Shown piece after piece: positions 36,901 through 51,900 of a DNA stretch of 64,000 bases; positions within the stretch are counted from its first letter, which is position 1; the number at the start of each line of letters is the position of its first letter. The translations under genes and the position numbers were made by a program. The DNA comes from Phyllobates terribilis (Eukaryota). Under the pieces are notes generated by a model. The model saw only the letters and a program-made list of their open reading frames with translations. It searched no databases and was not told where the DNA came from. The DNA lies in assembly GCF_046119375.1 (NCBI RefSeq), contig NW_027362769.1, positions 401,884,001 through 401,948,000 on the forward strand. The letters run 5' to 3'.

Positions 36901-39900
36901 TGGGGGGAATGTACTGTGGGGACATCATACTGTGGGGGGAATGTACTGTGGGGACATCATACTGTGTGTGGGGGAATGTATTGTGAGGACATCATACTGT
37001 GTGTGGGGGAATGTATTGTGAGGACATCATACTGTGTGTGGGGGAATGTACTGTGAGGACATCATACTGTGTGGGGGAATGTACTGTGAGGACATCATAC
37101 TGTGTGTGGGGGAATGTACTGTGGGGACATCATACTGTGTGTGGAGGAATGTACTGTGGGGACATCATACTGTGTGTGGAGGAATGTACTGTGGGGACAT
37201 CATACTGTGTGTGGAGGAATGTACTGTGGGGACATCATACTGTGTGGGGGAATGTACTGTGGGGACATCATACTGTGTGGGGGGAATGTACTGTGGGGAC
37301 ATCATACTGTGTGGGGGAATGTACTGTGGGGACATCATACTGTGTGGGGGAATGTACTGTGGGGACATCATACTGTGTAGGGGAATGTACTGTGGGGACA
37401 TCATACTGTGTGTGGGGGGAATGTACTGTGGGGACATCCTACTGTGTGTGGGGGAATGTACTGTGAGGACATCATACTGTGTGTAGAGGAATGTACTGTG
37501 AGGACATCATACTGTGTGTGGGGGGAATGTACTGTGAGGACATCATACTGTGTGGAGGGAATGTACTGTGAGGACATCATACTGTGTGGGGGGAATGTAC
37601 TGTGGGGACATCATACTGTGTGTGGAGGAATGTACTGTGAGGACATCATACTGTGTGTAGAGGAATGTACTGTGAGGACATCATACTGTGTGTGGGGGGA
37701 ATGTACTGTGGGGACATCATACTGTGTGTGGGGGGAATGTACTGTGGGGACATCATACTGTGTGTGGGGGGAATGTACTGTGGGGACATCATACTGTGTG
37801 TGGGGGGAATGTACTGTGGGGACATCATACTGTGTGTGGGGAATGTACTGTGGGGACATCATACTGTGTGTGGAGGGAATGTACTGTGGGGACATCATAC
37901 TGTGTGTGGAGGGAATGTACTGTGGGGACATCATACTGTGTGTGTGGGGAATGTACTGTGGGGACATCATACTGTGTGTGTGGGGAATGTACTGTGGGGA
38001 CATCATACTGTGTGTGTGGGGAATGTACTGTGGGGACATCATACTGTGTGTGGGGGAATGTACTGTGGGGACATCATACTGTGTGTGTGGGGGAATGTAC
38101 TGTGGGGACATCATACTGTGTGTGGTGGGAATGTACTGTGAGGACATACTGTGTGGGGGAATGTACTGTGAGGACATCATACTGTGTGTGTGGAGGAATG
38201 TACTGTGGGGACATCATACTGTGTGTGGAGAATGTACTGTGGGGACATCATACTGTGTAGAGGGAATGTACTGTGAGGACATCATACTGTGTGTGGGGGA
38301 ATGTACTGTGGGGACATCATACTGTGTGTGTGGGGGAATACTGTGGGGACATCATACTGTGTGTGTGGGGGAATGTACTGTGGGGACATCATACTGTGTG
38401 TGTGGGGGAATGTACTGTGAGGACATCATACTGTGTGTGGGGGAATGTACTGTGGGGACATCATACTGTGTGTGTGGGGGAATGTACTGTGGGGACATCA
38501 TACTGTGTGTGGGGGAATGTACTGTGGGGACATCATACTGTGTGTGGGGGGGAATGTACCGTGGGGACATCATACTGTGTGGTGGGAATGTACTGTGAGG
38601 ACATCATACTGTGTGGGGGAATGTACTGTGGGGACATCATACTGTGTGTGGGGGGGAATGTACCGTGGGGACATCATACTGTGTGGTGGGAATGTACTGT
38701 GAGGACATCATACTGTGTGGGGGAATGTACTGTGGGGACATCATACTGTGTGTGGAGGAATGTACTGTGGGGACATCATACTGTGTGGGGGAATGTACTG
38801 TGGGGACATCATACTGTGTGGGGGAATGTACTGTGGGGACATCATACTGTGTGGGGGAATGTACTGTGGGGACATCATACTGTGTGTGGGGGGAATGTAC
38901 TGTGGGGACATCATACTGTGTGTGGGGGGAATGTACTGTGGGGACATCATACTGTGTGTGGGGGAATGTACTGTGAGGACATCATACTGTGTGTAGAGGA
39001 ATGTACTGTGAGGACATCATACTGTGTGTGGGGGGAATGTACTGTGGGGACATCATACTGTGTGTGGGGGGAATGTACTGTGAGGACATCATACTGTGTG
39101 GAGGGAATGTACTGTGAGGACATCATACTGTGTGGAGGGAATGTACTGTGAGGACATCATACTGTGTGGGGGGAATGTACTGTGGGGACATCATACTGTG
39201 TGTGGAGGAATGTACTGTGAGGACATCATACTGTGTGTAGAGGAATGTACTGTGAGGACATCATACTGTGTGTGGGGGGAATGTACTGTGGGGACATCAT
39301 ACTGTGTGTGGGGGGAATGTACTGTGGGGACATCATACTGTGTGTGGGGAATGTACTGTGGGGACATCATACTGTGTGTGGAGGGAATGTACTGTGGGGA
39401 CATCATACTGTGTGTGGAGGGAATGTACTGTGGGGACATCATACTGTGTGTGTGGGGAATGTACTGTGGGGACATCATACTGTGTGTGGGGGAATGTACT
39501 GTGGGGACATCATACTGTGTGTGTGGGGGAATGTACTGTGGGGACATCATACTGTGTGTGGTGGGAATGTACTGTGAGGACATCATACTGTGTGTGTGGA
39601 GGAATGTACTGTGGGGACATCATACTGTGTGTGGAGAATGTACTGTGGGGACATCATACTGTGTAGAGGGAATGTACTGTGAGGACATCATACTGTGTGT
39701 GGGGGAATGTACTGTGGGGACATCATACTGTGTGTGTGGGGGAATGTACTGTGGGGACATCATACTGTGTGTGTGGGGGAATGTACTGTGGGGACATCAT
39801 ACTGTGTGTGTGGGGGAATGTACTGTGGGGACATCATACTGTGTGTGGGGGAATGTACTGTGGGGACATCATACTGTGTGTGTGGGGGAATGTACTGTGG

Positions 39901-42900
39901 GACATCATACTGTGTGTGGGGGAATGTACTGTGGGGACATCATACTGTGTGTGGTGGGAATGTACTGTGAGGACATCATACTGTGTGGGGGAATGTACTG
40001 TGGGGACATCATACTGTGTGTGTGGAGAATGTACTGTGGGGACATCATACTGTGTAGAGGGAATGCACTGTGGGGACATCATACTGTGTGTGGAGAATGT
40101 ACTGTGGGGACATCATACTGTGTGTGGGGGGAATGTACTGTGAGGACATCATACTGTGTGTGTGGAGGGAATGTACTGTGAGGACATCATACTGTGTGGG
40201 GGGAATGTACTGTGGGGACATCATACTGTGTGTGGGGGAATGTACTGTGAGGACATCATACTGTGTGTGGGGGAATGTACTGTGAGGACATCATACTGTG
40301 TGTGGGGGAATGTACTGTGAGGACATCATACTGTGTGTGGGGGAATGTACTGTGAGGACATCATACTGTGTGGGGGAATGTACTGTGGGGACATCATACT
40401 GTGTGTGTGGGGGAATGTATTGTGAGGACATCATACTGTGTGAAAGGCTGTGGGAACACATTGGGTAGGTGGGTCATGGATGCATGATACTGTGTGGGCA
40501 GCCTCAGGGGAGAAATACTTTGGTGATATACTGTGTGTGGGGGGAATGTACTGTGAGGACATCATACTGTGTGGGGGAATGTACTGTGGGGACATCATAC
40601 TGTGTGTGTGGGGGAATGTACTGTGAGGACATCATACTGTGTGTGGGGGAATGTACTGTGGGGACATCATACTGTGTGTGTGGGGGAATGTACTGTGGGG
40701 ACATCATACTGTGTGTGTGGGGGAATGTACTGTGGGGACATCATACTGTGTGTGGGGGGAATGTACTGTGAGGACATCATACTGTGTGTGGGGGAATGTA
40801 CTGTGGGGACATCATACTGTGTGTGGAGGAATGTACTGTGGGGACATCATACTGTGTGTGGAGGAATGTACTGTGGGGACATCATACTGTGTGTGGAGGA
40901 ATGTACTGTGGGGACATCATACTGTGTGGGGGAATGTACTGTGGGGACATCATACTGTGTGGGGGAATGTACTGTGGGGACATCATACTGTGTGTGGGGG
41001 GAATGTACTGTGGGGACATCCTACTGTGTGTGGGGGAATGTACTGTGAGGACATCATACTGTGTGTAGAGGAATGTACTGTGAGGACATCATACTGTGTG
41101 TGGGGGGAATGTACTGTGAGGACATCATACTGTGTGGAGGGAATGTACTGTGAGTACATCATACTGTGTGGGGGGAATGTACTGTGGGGACATCATACTG
41201 TGTGTGGAGGAATGTACTGTGAGGACATCATACTGTGTGTAGAGGAATGTACTGTGAGGACATCATACTGTGTGTGGGGGGAATGTACTGTGGGGACATC
41301 ATACTGTGTGTGGGGGGAATGTACTGTGGGGACATCATACTGTGTGTGGGGGGAATGTACTGTGGGGACATCATACTGTGTGTGGGGAATGTACTGTGGG
41401 GACATCATACTGTGTGTGGAGGGAATGTACTGTGGGGACATCATACTGTGTGTGGAGGGAATGTACTGTGGGGACATCATACTGTGTGTGGAGGGAATGT
41501 ACTGTGGGGACATCATACTGTGTGTGTGGGGAATGTACTGTGGGGACATCATACTGTGTGTGGGGGAATGTACTGTGGGGACATCATACTGTGTGTGTGG
41601 GGGAATGTACTGTGGGGACATCATACTGTGTGTGGTGGGAATGTACTGTGAGGACATACTGTGTGGGGGAATGTACTGTGAGGACATCATACTGTGTGTG
41701 TGGAGGAATGTACTGTGGGGACATCATACTGTGTGTGGAGAATGTACTGTGGGGACATCATACTGTGTAGAGGGAATGTACTGTGAGGACATCATACTGT
41801 GTGTGGGGGAATGTACTGTGGGGACATCATACTGTGTGTGTGGGGGAATGTACTGTGGGGACATCATACTGTGTGTGTGGGGGAATGTACTGTGGGGACA
41901 TCATACTGTGTGTGTGGGGGAATGTACTGTGAGGACATCATACTGTGTGTGGGGGAATGTACTGTGGGGACATCATACTGTGTGTGTGGGGGAATGTACT
42001 GTGGGGACATCATACTGTGTGTGGGGGAATGTACTGTGGGGACATCATACTGTGTGTGGGGGGGAATGTACTGTGGGGACATCATACTGTGTGTGGGGGG
42101 GAATGTACTGTGGGGACATCATACTGTGTGGTGGGAATGTACTGTGAGGACATCATACTGTGTGGGGGAATGTACTGTGGGGACATCATACTGTGTGTGG
42201 AGGAATGTACTGTGGGGACATCATACTGTGTGTGGAGGAATGTACTGTGGGGACATCATACTGTGTGGGGGAATGTACTGTGGGGACATCATACTGTGTG
42301 GGGGAATGTACTGTGGGGACATCATACTGTGTGGGGGAATGTACTGTGGGGACATCATACTGTGTGTGGGGGGAATGTACTGTGGGGACATCATACTGTG
42401 TGTGGGGGAATGTACTGTGAGGACATCATACTGTGTGTAGAGGAATGTACTGTGAGGACATCATACTGTGTGTGGGGGAATGTACTGTGGGGACATCATA
42501 CTGTGTGTGGGGGGAATGTACTGTGAGGACATCATACTGTGTGGAGGGAATGTACTGTGAGGACATCATACTGTGTGGAGGGAATGTACTGTGAGGACAT
42601 CATACTGTGTGGGGGGAATGTACTGTGGGGACATCATACTGTGTGTGGAGGAATGTACTGTGAGGACATCATACTGTGTGTAGAGGAATGTACTGTGAGG
42701 ACATCATACTGTGTGTGGGGGGAATGTACTGTGGGGACATCATACTGTGTGTGGGGGGAATGTACTGTGGGGACATCATACTGTGTGTGGGGAATGTACT
42801 GTGGGGACATCATACTGTGTGTGGAGGGAATGTACTGTGGGGACATCATACTGTGTGTGGAGGGAATGTACTGTGGGGACATCATACTGTGTGTGTGGGG

Positions 42901-45900
42901 AATGTACTGTGGGGACATCATACTGTGTGTGGGGGAATGTACTGTGGGGACATCATACTGTGTGTGTGGGGGAATGTACTGTGGGGACATCATACTGTGT
43001 GTGGTGGGAATGTACTGTGAGGACATCATACTGTGTGTGTGGAGGAATGTACTGTGGGGACATCATACTGTGTGTGGAGAATGTACTGTGGGGACATCAT
43101 ACTGTGTAGAGGGAATGTACTGTGAGGACATCATACTGTGTGTGGGGGAATGTACTGTGGGGACATCATACTGTGTGTGTGGGGGAATGTACTGTGGGGA
43201 CATCATACTGTGTGTGTGGGGGAATGTACTGTGGGGACATCATACTGTGTGTGTGGGGGAATGTACTGTGGGGACATCATACTGTGTGTGTGGGGGAATG
43301 TACTGTGGGGACATCATACTGTGTGTGTGGGGGAATGTACTGTGGGGACATCATACTGTGTGTGGTGGGAATGTACTGTGAGGACATACTGTGTGGGGGA
43401 ATGTACTGTGAGGACATCATACTGTGTGTGTGGAGGAATGTACTGTGGGGACATCATACTGTGTGTGGAGAATGTACTGTGGGGACATCATACTGTGTAG
43501 AGGGAATGTACTGTGAGGACATCATACTGTGTGTGGGGGAATGTACTGTGGGGACATCATACTGTGTGTGTGGGGGAATGTACTGTGGGGACATCATACT
43601 GTGTGTGTGAGGGAATGTACTGTGGGGACATCATACTGTGTGTGTGGGGGAATGTACTGTGAGGACATCATACTGTGTGTGGGGGAATGTACTGTGGGGA
43701 CATCATACTGTGTGTGTGGGGGAATGTACTGTGGGGACATCATACTGTGTGGGGGGGAATGTACTGTGGGGACATCATACTGTGTGTGGGGGGGAATGTA
43801 CTGTGGGGACATCATACTGTGTGGTGGGAATGTACTGTGAGGACATCATACTGTGTGGGGGAATGTACTGTGGGGACATCATACTGTGTGTGGAGGAATG
43901 TACTGTGGGGACATCATACTGTGTGTGGAGGGAATGTACTGTGGGGACATCATACTGTGTGGGGGAATGTACTGTGGGGACATCATACTGTGTGGGGGAA
44001 TGTACTGTGGGGACATCATACTGTGTGTGGGGGGAATGTACTGTGGGGACATCATACTGTGTGTGGGGGAATGTACTGTGAGGACATCATACTGTGTGTG
44101 GGGGAATGTACTGTGAGGACATCATACTGTGTGTAGAGGAATGTACTGTGAGGACATCATACTGTGTGTGGGGGAATGTACTGTGGGGACATCATACTGT
44201 GTGTGGGGGGAATGTACTGTGAGGACATCATACTGTGTGGAGGGAATGTACTGTGAGGACATCATACTGTGTGGAGGGAATGTACTGTGAGGACATCATA
44301 CTGTGTGGGGGGAATGTACTGTGGGGACATCATACTGTGTGTGGAGGAATGTACTGTGAGGACATCATACTGTGTGTAGAGGAATGTACTGTGAGGACAT
44401 CATACTGTGTGTGGGGGGAATGTACTGTGGGGACATCATACTGTGTGTGGGGGGAATGTACTGTGGGGACATCATACTGTGTGTGGGGAATGTACTGTGG
44501 GGACATCATACTGTGTGTGGAGGGAATGTACTGTGGGGACATCATACTGTGTGTGGAGGGAATGTACTGTGGGGACATCATACTGTGTGTGTGGGGAATG
44601 TACTGTGGGGACATCATACTGTGTGTGGGGGAATGTACTGTGGGGACATCATACTGTGTGTGTGGGGGAATGTACTGTGGGGACATCATACTGTGTGTGG
44701 TGGGAATGTACTGTGAGGACATCATACTGTGTGTGTGGAGGAATGTACTGTGGGGACATCATACTGTGTGTGGAGAATGTACTGTGGGGACATCATACTG
44801 TGTAGAGGGAATGTACTGTGAGGACATCATACTGTGTGTGGGGGAATGTACTGTGGGGACATCATACTGTGTGTGTGGGGGAATGTACTGTGGGGACATC
44901 ATACTGTGTGTGTGGGGGAATGTACTGTGGGGACATCATACTGTGTGTGTGGGGGAATGTACTGTGGGGACATCATACTGTGTGTGTGGGGGAATGTACT
45001 GTGGGGACATCATACTGTGTGTGTGGGGGAATGTACTGTGGGGACATCATACTGTGTGTGTGGGGGAATGTACTGTGGGGACATCATACTGTGTGGGGGA
45101 ATGTACTGTGGGGACATCATACTGTGTGTGGGGGGGAATGTACTGTGGGGACATCATACTGTGTGTGGTGGGAATGTACTGTGAGGACATCATACTGTGT
45201 GGGGGAATGTACTGTGGGGACATCATACTGTGTGTGTGGAGAATGTACTGTGGGGACATCATACTGTGTAGAGGGAATGTACTGTGGGGACATCATACTG
45301 TGTGTGGAGAATGTACTGTGGGGACATCATACTGTGTGTGGGGGGAATGTACTGTGAGGACATCATACTGTGTGTGTGGAGGGAATGTACTGTGAGGACA
45401 TCATACTGTGTGGGGGGAATGTACTGTGGGGACATAATACTGTGTGTGGGGGAATGTACTGTGAGGACATCATACTGTGTGTGGGGGAATGTACTGTGAG
45501 GACATCATACTGTGTGGGGGAATGTACTGTGGGGATATCATACTGTGTGTGTGGGGGAATGTATTGTGAGGACATCATACTGTGTGAAAGGCTGTGGGAA
45601 CACATTGGGTAGGTGGGTCATGGATGCATGATACTGTGTGGGCGGCATCAGGGGAGAAATACTTTGGTGATATACTGTGTGTGGGGGGAATGTACTGTGA
45701 GGACATCATACTGTGTGGGGGAATGTACTGTGGGGACATCATACTGTGTGTGTGGGGGAATGTACTGTGAGGACATCATACTGTGTGTGGGGGAATGTAC
45801 TGTGGGGACATCATACTGTGTGTGTGGGGGAATGTACTGTGGGGACATCATACTGTGTGTGGGGGGAATGTACTGTGAGGACATCATACTGTGTGTGTGG

Positions 45901-48900
45901 AGGGAATGTACTGTGAGGACATCATACTGTGTGGGGGGAATATACTGTGGGGACATCATACTGTGTGTGGGGGAATGTACTGTGAGGACATCATACTGTG
46001 TGTGGGGGAATGTACTGTGAGGACATCATACTGTGTGGGGGAATGTACTGTGGGGACATCATACTGTGTGTGGGGGAATGTACTGTGAGGACATCATACT
46101 GTGTGTGGTGGAATGTACTGTGGGGACATCATACTGTGTATGGAGGAATGTATTGTGAGGACATCATACTGTGTGAAAGGCTGTGGGAACACATTGGGTA
46201 GGTGGGTCATGGATGCATGATACTGTGTGGGCGGCCTCAGGGGAGAAATACTTTGGTGATATCATACTGTGTGTGGGGGGAATGTACTGTGAGGACATCA
46301 TACTGTGTGGGGGAATGTACTGTGGGGACATCATACTGTGTGTGTGGGGGAATGTACTGTGAGGACATCATACTGTGTGTGGGGGAATGTACTGTGGGGA
46401 CATCATGCTGTGTGTGTGGGGGAATGTACTGTGGGGACATCATACTGTGTGTGTGGGGGAATGTACTGTGGGGACATCATACTGTGTGGGGGGAATATAC
46501 TGTGGGGACATCATACTGTGTGTGGGGGAATGTACTGTGAGGACATCATACTGTGTGTGGGGGAATGTACTGTGGGGACATCATACTGTGTATGGAGGAA
46601 TGTATTGTGAGGACATCATACTGTGTGAAAGGCTGTGGGAACACATTGGGTAGGTGGGTCATGGATGCATGATACTGTGTGGGCGGCCTCAGGGGAGAAA
46701 TACTTTGGTGATATCATACTGTGTGTGGGGGGAATGTACTGTGGGGACATCATACTGTGTGTGGAGGGAATGTACTATGGGGACATCATACTGTGTGTGG
46801 AGGAATGTACTGTGGAGACATCATACTGTGTGGGGGGAATGTACTGTGGAGACATCATACTGTGTGTGGGGGAATGTACTGTGAGGACATCATACTGTGT
46901 GTGTGGGGAATGTACTGTGGGGACATCATACTGTGTGTGGGGGAATGTACTGTGAGGACATCATACTGTGTGGGGGAATGTACTGTGAGGACATCATACT
47001 GTGTGGGGGAATGTACTGTGGGGACATCATACTGTGTGTGTGGGGGAATGTACTGTGGGGACATCATACTGTGTGTGGTGGGAATGTACTGTGAGGACAT
47101 CATACTGTGTGTGGGGGGAATGTACTGTGGAGACATCATTCTGTATGTGGGGGGAATGTACTGTGAGGACATCATACTGTGTGTGTGGAGGGAATGTACT
47201 GTGAGGACATCATACTGTGTGGGGGGAATATACTGTGGGGACATCATACTGTGTGTGGGGGAATGTACTGTGAGGACATCATACTGTGTGTGGGGGAATG
47301 TACTGTGAGGACATCATACTGTGTGGGGGAATGTACTGTGGGGACATCATACTGTGTGTGTGGGGGAATGTACTGTGAGGACATCATACTGTGTGTGGGG
47401 GAATGTACTGTGGGGACATCATACTGTGTATGGAGGAATGTATTGTGAGGACATCATACTGTGTGAAAGGCTGTGGGAACACATTGGGTAGGTGGGTCAT
47501 GGATGCATGATACTGTGTGGGCGGCCTCAGGGGAGAAATACTTTGGTGATATCATACTGTGTGTGGGGGGAATGTACTGTGGGGACATCATACTGTGTGT
47601 GGAGGGAATGTACTATGGGGACATCATACTGTGTGGGGGGAATGTACTGTGGAGACATCATACTGTGTGTGGGGGAATGTACTGTGAGGACATCATACTG
47701 TGTGTGTGGGGAATGTACTGTGGGGACATCATACTGTGTGTGGGGGAATGTACTGTGAGGACATCATACTGTGTGGGGGAATGTACTGTGGGGACATCAT
47801 ACTGTGTGTGTGGGGGAATGTACTGTGGGGACATCATACTGTGTGTGGTGGGAATGTACTGTGAGGACATCATACTGTGTGTGGGGGGAATGTACTGTGG
47901 AGACATCATACTGTATGTGGGGGGAATGTACTGTGAGGACATCATACTGTGTGTGGGGGAATGTACTGTGAGGACATCATACTGTATGTGGGGGGAATGT
48001 ACTGTGAGGACATCATACTGTGTGGGGGAATGTACTGTGGGGACATCATACTGTGTGTGGGGGAATGTACTGTGGAGACATCATACTGTGTGTGGGGAAT
48101 GTACTGTGAGGACATCATACTGTGTGTGGGGAATGTACTGTGAGGACATCATACTGTGTGTGGGGAATGTACTGTGGGGACATCATACTGTGTGGGGGAA
48201 TGTACTGTGGGGACATCATACTGTGTGTGGGGGGAATGTACTGTGGGGACATCATACTGTGTGTGGGGGAATGTACTGTGAGGACATCATACTGTGTGTA
48301 GAGGAATGTACTGTGAGGACATCATACTGTGTGTGGGGGGAATGTACTGTGGGGACATCATACTGTGTGTGGGGGGAATGTACTGTGGGGACATCATACT
48401 GTGTGTGGGGGGAATGTACTGTGGGGACATCATACTGTGTGTGGGGGGAATGTACTGTGGGGACATCATACTGTGTGTGGGGAATGTACTGTGGGGACAT
48501 CATACTGTGTGTGGGGGAATGTATTGTGAGGACATCATACTGTGTGTGGGGGAATGTACTGTGAGGACATCATACTGTGTGGGGGAATGTACTGTGAGGA
48601 CATCATACTGTGTGGGGGAATGTACTGCGAGGACATCATACTATGTGTGGGGGAATGTACTGTGGGGACATCATACTGTGTGTGGAGGAATGTACTGTGG
48701 GGACATCATACTGTGTATGGGGGAATGTACTGTGAGGACATCATACTGTGTGTGGAGGAATGTACTGTGGGGACATCATACTGTGTGTGGAGGAATGTAC
48801 TGTGAGGACATCATACTGTGTATGGGGGAATGTACTGTGAGGACATTATACTGTGTGTGGAGGAATGTACTGTGAGGACATCATACTGTGTGTGGGGGGA

Positions 48901-51900
48901 ATGTACTGTGGGGGCATCATACTGTGTGTGGGGGAATGTACTGTGAGGACATCATACTGTGTGTGGGGGAATGTACTGTGAGGACATCATACTGTGTGTG
49001 GGGAATGTACTGTGAGGACATCATACTGTGTATGGGGGAATGTACTGTGAGGACCTCATACTGTGTATGGGGGAATGTACTGTGAGGACATCATACTGTG
49101 TATGGGGGAATGTACTGTGGGGACATTATACTGTGTGTGGAGGAATGTACTGTGGGGACATTATACTGTGTGTGGAGGAATGTACTGTGAGGACATCATA
49201 CTGTGTGTGGGGGGAATGTACTGTGGGGGCATCATACTGTGTGTGGGGGAATGTACTGTGAGGACATCATACTGTGTGTGGGGGAATGTATTGTGAGGAC
49301 ATCATACTGTGTGTGGAGGGAATGTACTGTGGAGACATCATACTGTGTGTGGGGGAATGTACTGTGGGGACATCATACTGTGTGTGGGGGAATGTACTGT
49401 GGGGACATCATACTGTGTGTGGGGGAATGTATTGTGAGGACATCATACTGTGTGTGGGGGAATGTACTGTGAGGACATCATACTGTGTGTGGGGGAATGT
49501 ATTGTGAGGACATCATACTGTGTGTGGAGGGAATGTACTGTGGAGACATCATACTGTGTGTGGGGGAATGTACTGTGGGGACATCATACTGTGTGTGGAG
49601 GGAATGTACTGTGGGGACATCATACTGTGTGTGGGGGAATGTACTGTGGGGACATCATACTGTGTGTGGAGGGAATGTACTGTGGAGACATCATACTGTG
49701 TGTGGAGGGAATGTACTGTGGAGACATCATACTGTGTGTGGGGGAATGTACTGTGGGGACATCATACTGTGTGTGGGGTTATGTATTGTGAGGACATCAT
49801 ACTGTGTGTGGAGGGAATGTACTGTGAGGACATCATACTGTGTGTGGGGAATGTACTGTGGGGACATCATACTGTGTGTGGGGAATGTACTATGGGTACA
49901 TCATACTGTGTGTGGGGGAATGTATTGTGAGGACATCATACTGTGTGTGGGGGAATGTACTGTGAGGACATCATACTGTGTGGGGGGAATGTACTGTGGG
50001 GACATCATACTGTGTGTGGAGGAATGTACTGTGAGGACATCATACTGTGTGTGGAGGAATGTACTGTGAGGACATCATACTGTGTGTGGGGGGAATGTAC
50101 TGTGAGGACATCATACTGTGTGTGGGGGGGAATGTACTGTGAGGACATTATACTGTGTGTGGGGGAATGTACTGTGGGGACATTATACTGTGTGTGGGGG
50201 AATGTACTGTGAGGATATCATACTGTGTGTGGAGGAATGTACTGTGGGGACATTATACTGTGTGGGGGAATGTACTGTGAGGACATTATACTGTGTGGGG
50301 AATGTACTGTGGGGACATCATACTGTGTGTGGGGGAATGTACTGTGAGGACATTATACTGTGTGGGGGAATGTACTGTGGGGACATCATACTGTGTGTGG
50401 GGGAATGTACTGTGGGGACATCATACTGTGTGTGGGGGAATGTACTGTGAGGACATCATACTGTGTGGGGAATGTACTGTGAGAACATCATACTGTGTGT
50501 GGGGAATGTACTGTGAGGACATCATACTGTGTATGGGGGAATGTACTGTGAGGACATCATACTGTGTATGGGGGAATGTACTGTGGGGACATTATACTGT
50601 GTGTGGAGGAATGTACTGTGAGGACATCATACTGTGTGTGGGGGGAATGTACTGTGGGGGCATCATACTGTGTGTGGGGGAATGTACTGTGAGGACATCA
50701 TACTGTGTGTGGGGGAATGTACTGTGAGGACATCATACTGTGTGTGGGGAATGTACTGTGAGGACATCATACTGTGTATGGGGGAATGTACTGTGAGGAC
50801 ATCATACTGTGTATGGGGGAATGTACTGTGAGGACATCATACTGTGTATGGGGGAATGTACTGTGGGGACATTATACTGTGTGTGGAGGAATGTACTGTG
50901 GGGACATTATACTGTGTGTGGAGGAATGTACTGTGAGGACATCATACTGTGTGTGGGGGGAATGTACTGTGGGGGCATCATACTGTGTGTGGGGGAATGT
51001 ACTGTGAGGACATCATACTGTGTGTGGGGGAATGTACTGTGAGGACATCATACTGTGTGTGGGGGAATGTACTGTGAGGACATCATACTGTGTGTGGGGG
51101 AATGTACTGTGAGGACATCATACTGTGTGTGGGGGAATGTACTGTGAGGACATCATACTGTGTGTGGAGGAATGTACTGTGAGGACATCATACTGTGTGT
51201 GGGGAATGTACTGTGGGGGCATCATACTGTGTGTGGGGGAATGTACTGTGAGGACATCATACTGTGTGTGGGGGGAATGTAGTGTGGAGACATCATACTG
51301 TGTGTGGAGGAATGTACTGTGGGGACATCATACTGTGTGTGGGGGGAATGTACTGTGGGGGCATCATACTGTGTGTGGAGGAATGTACTGTGAGGACATC
51401 ATACTGTGTGTGGGGAAAGTACTGTGGGGACATCATACTGTGTGGGGGGGGTGTACTGGGGGGACATCATACTGTGTGTGGGGGAATGTACTGTGAGGAC
51501 ATCATACTGTGTGTGGGGCATGTACTGTGGGGACATCATACTGTGTGTGGGGGAATGTACTGTGGGGACATCATACTGTGTGTGGAGGGAATGTACTGTG
51601 GAGACATCATACTGTGTGTGGAGGGAATGTACTGTGGAGACATCATACTGTGTGTGGGGGAATGTACTGTGGGGACATCATACTGTGTGTGGGGTTATGT
51701 ATTGTGAGGACATCATACTGTGTGTGGAGGGAATGTACTGTGAGGACATCATACTGTGTGTGGGGAATGTACTGTGGGGACATCATACTGTGTGTGGGGA
51801 ATGTACTATGGGTACATCATACTGTGTGTGGGGGAATGTATTGTGAGGACATCATACTGTGTGTGGGGGAATGTACTGTGAGGACATCATACTGTGTGGG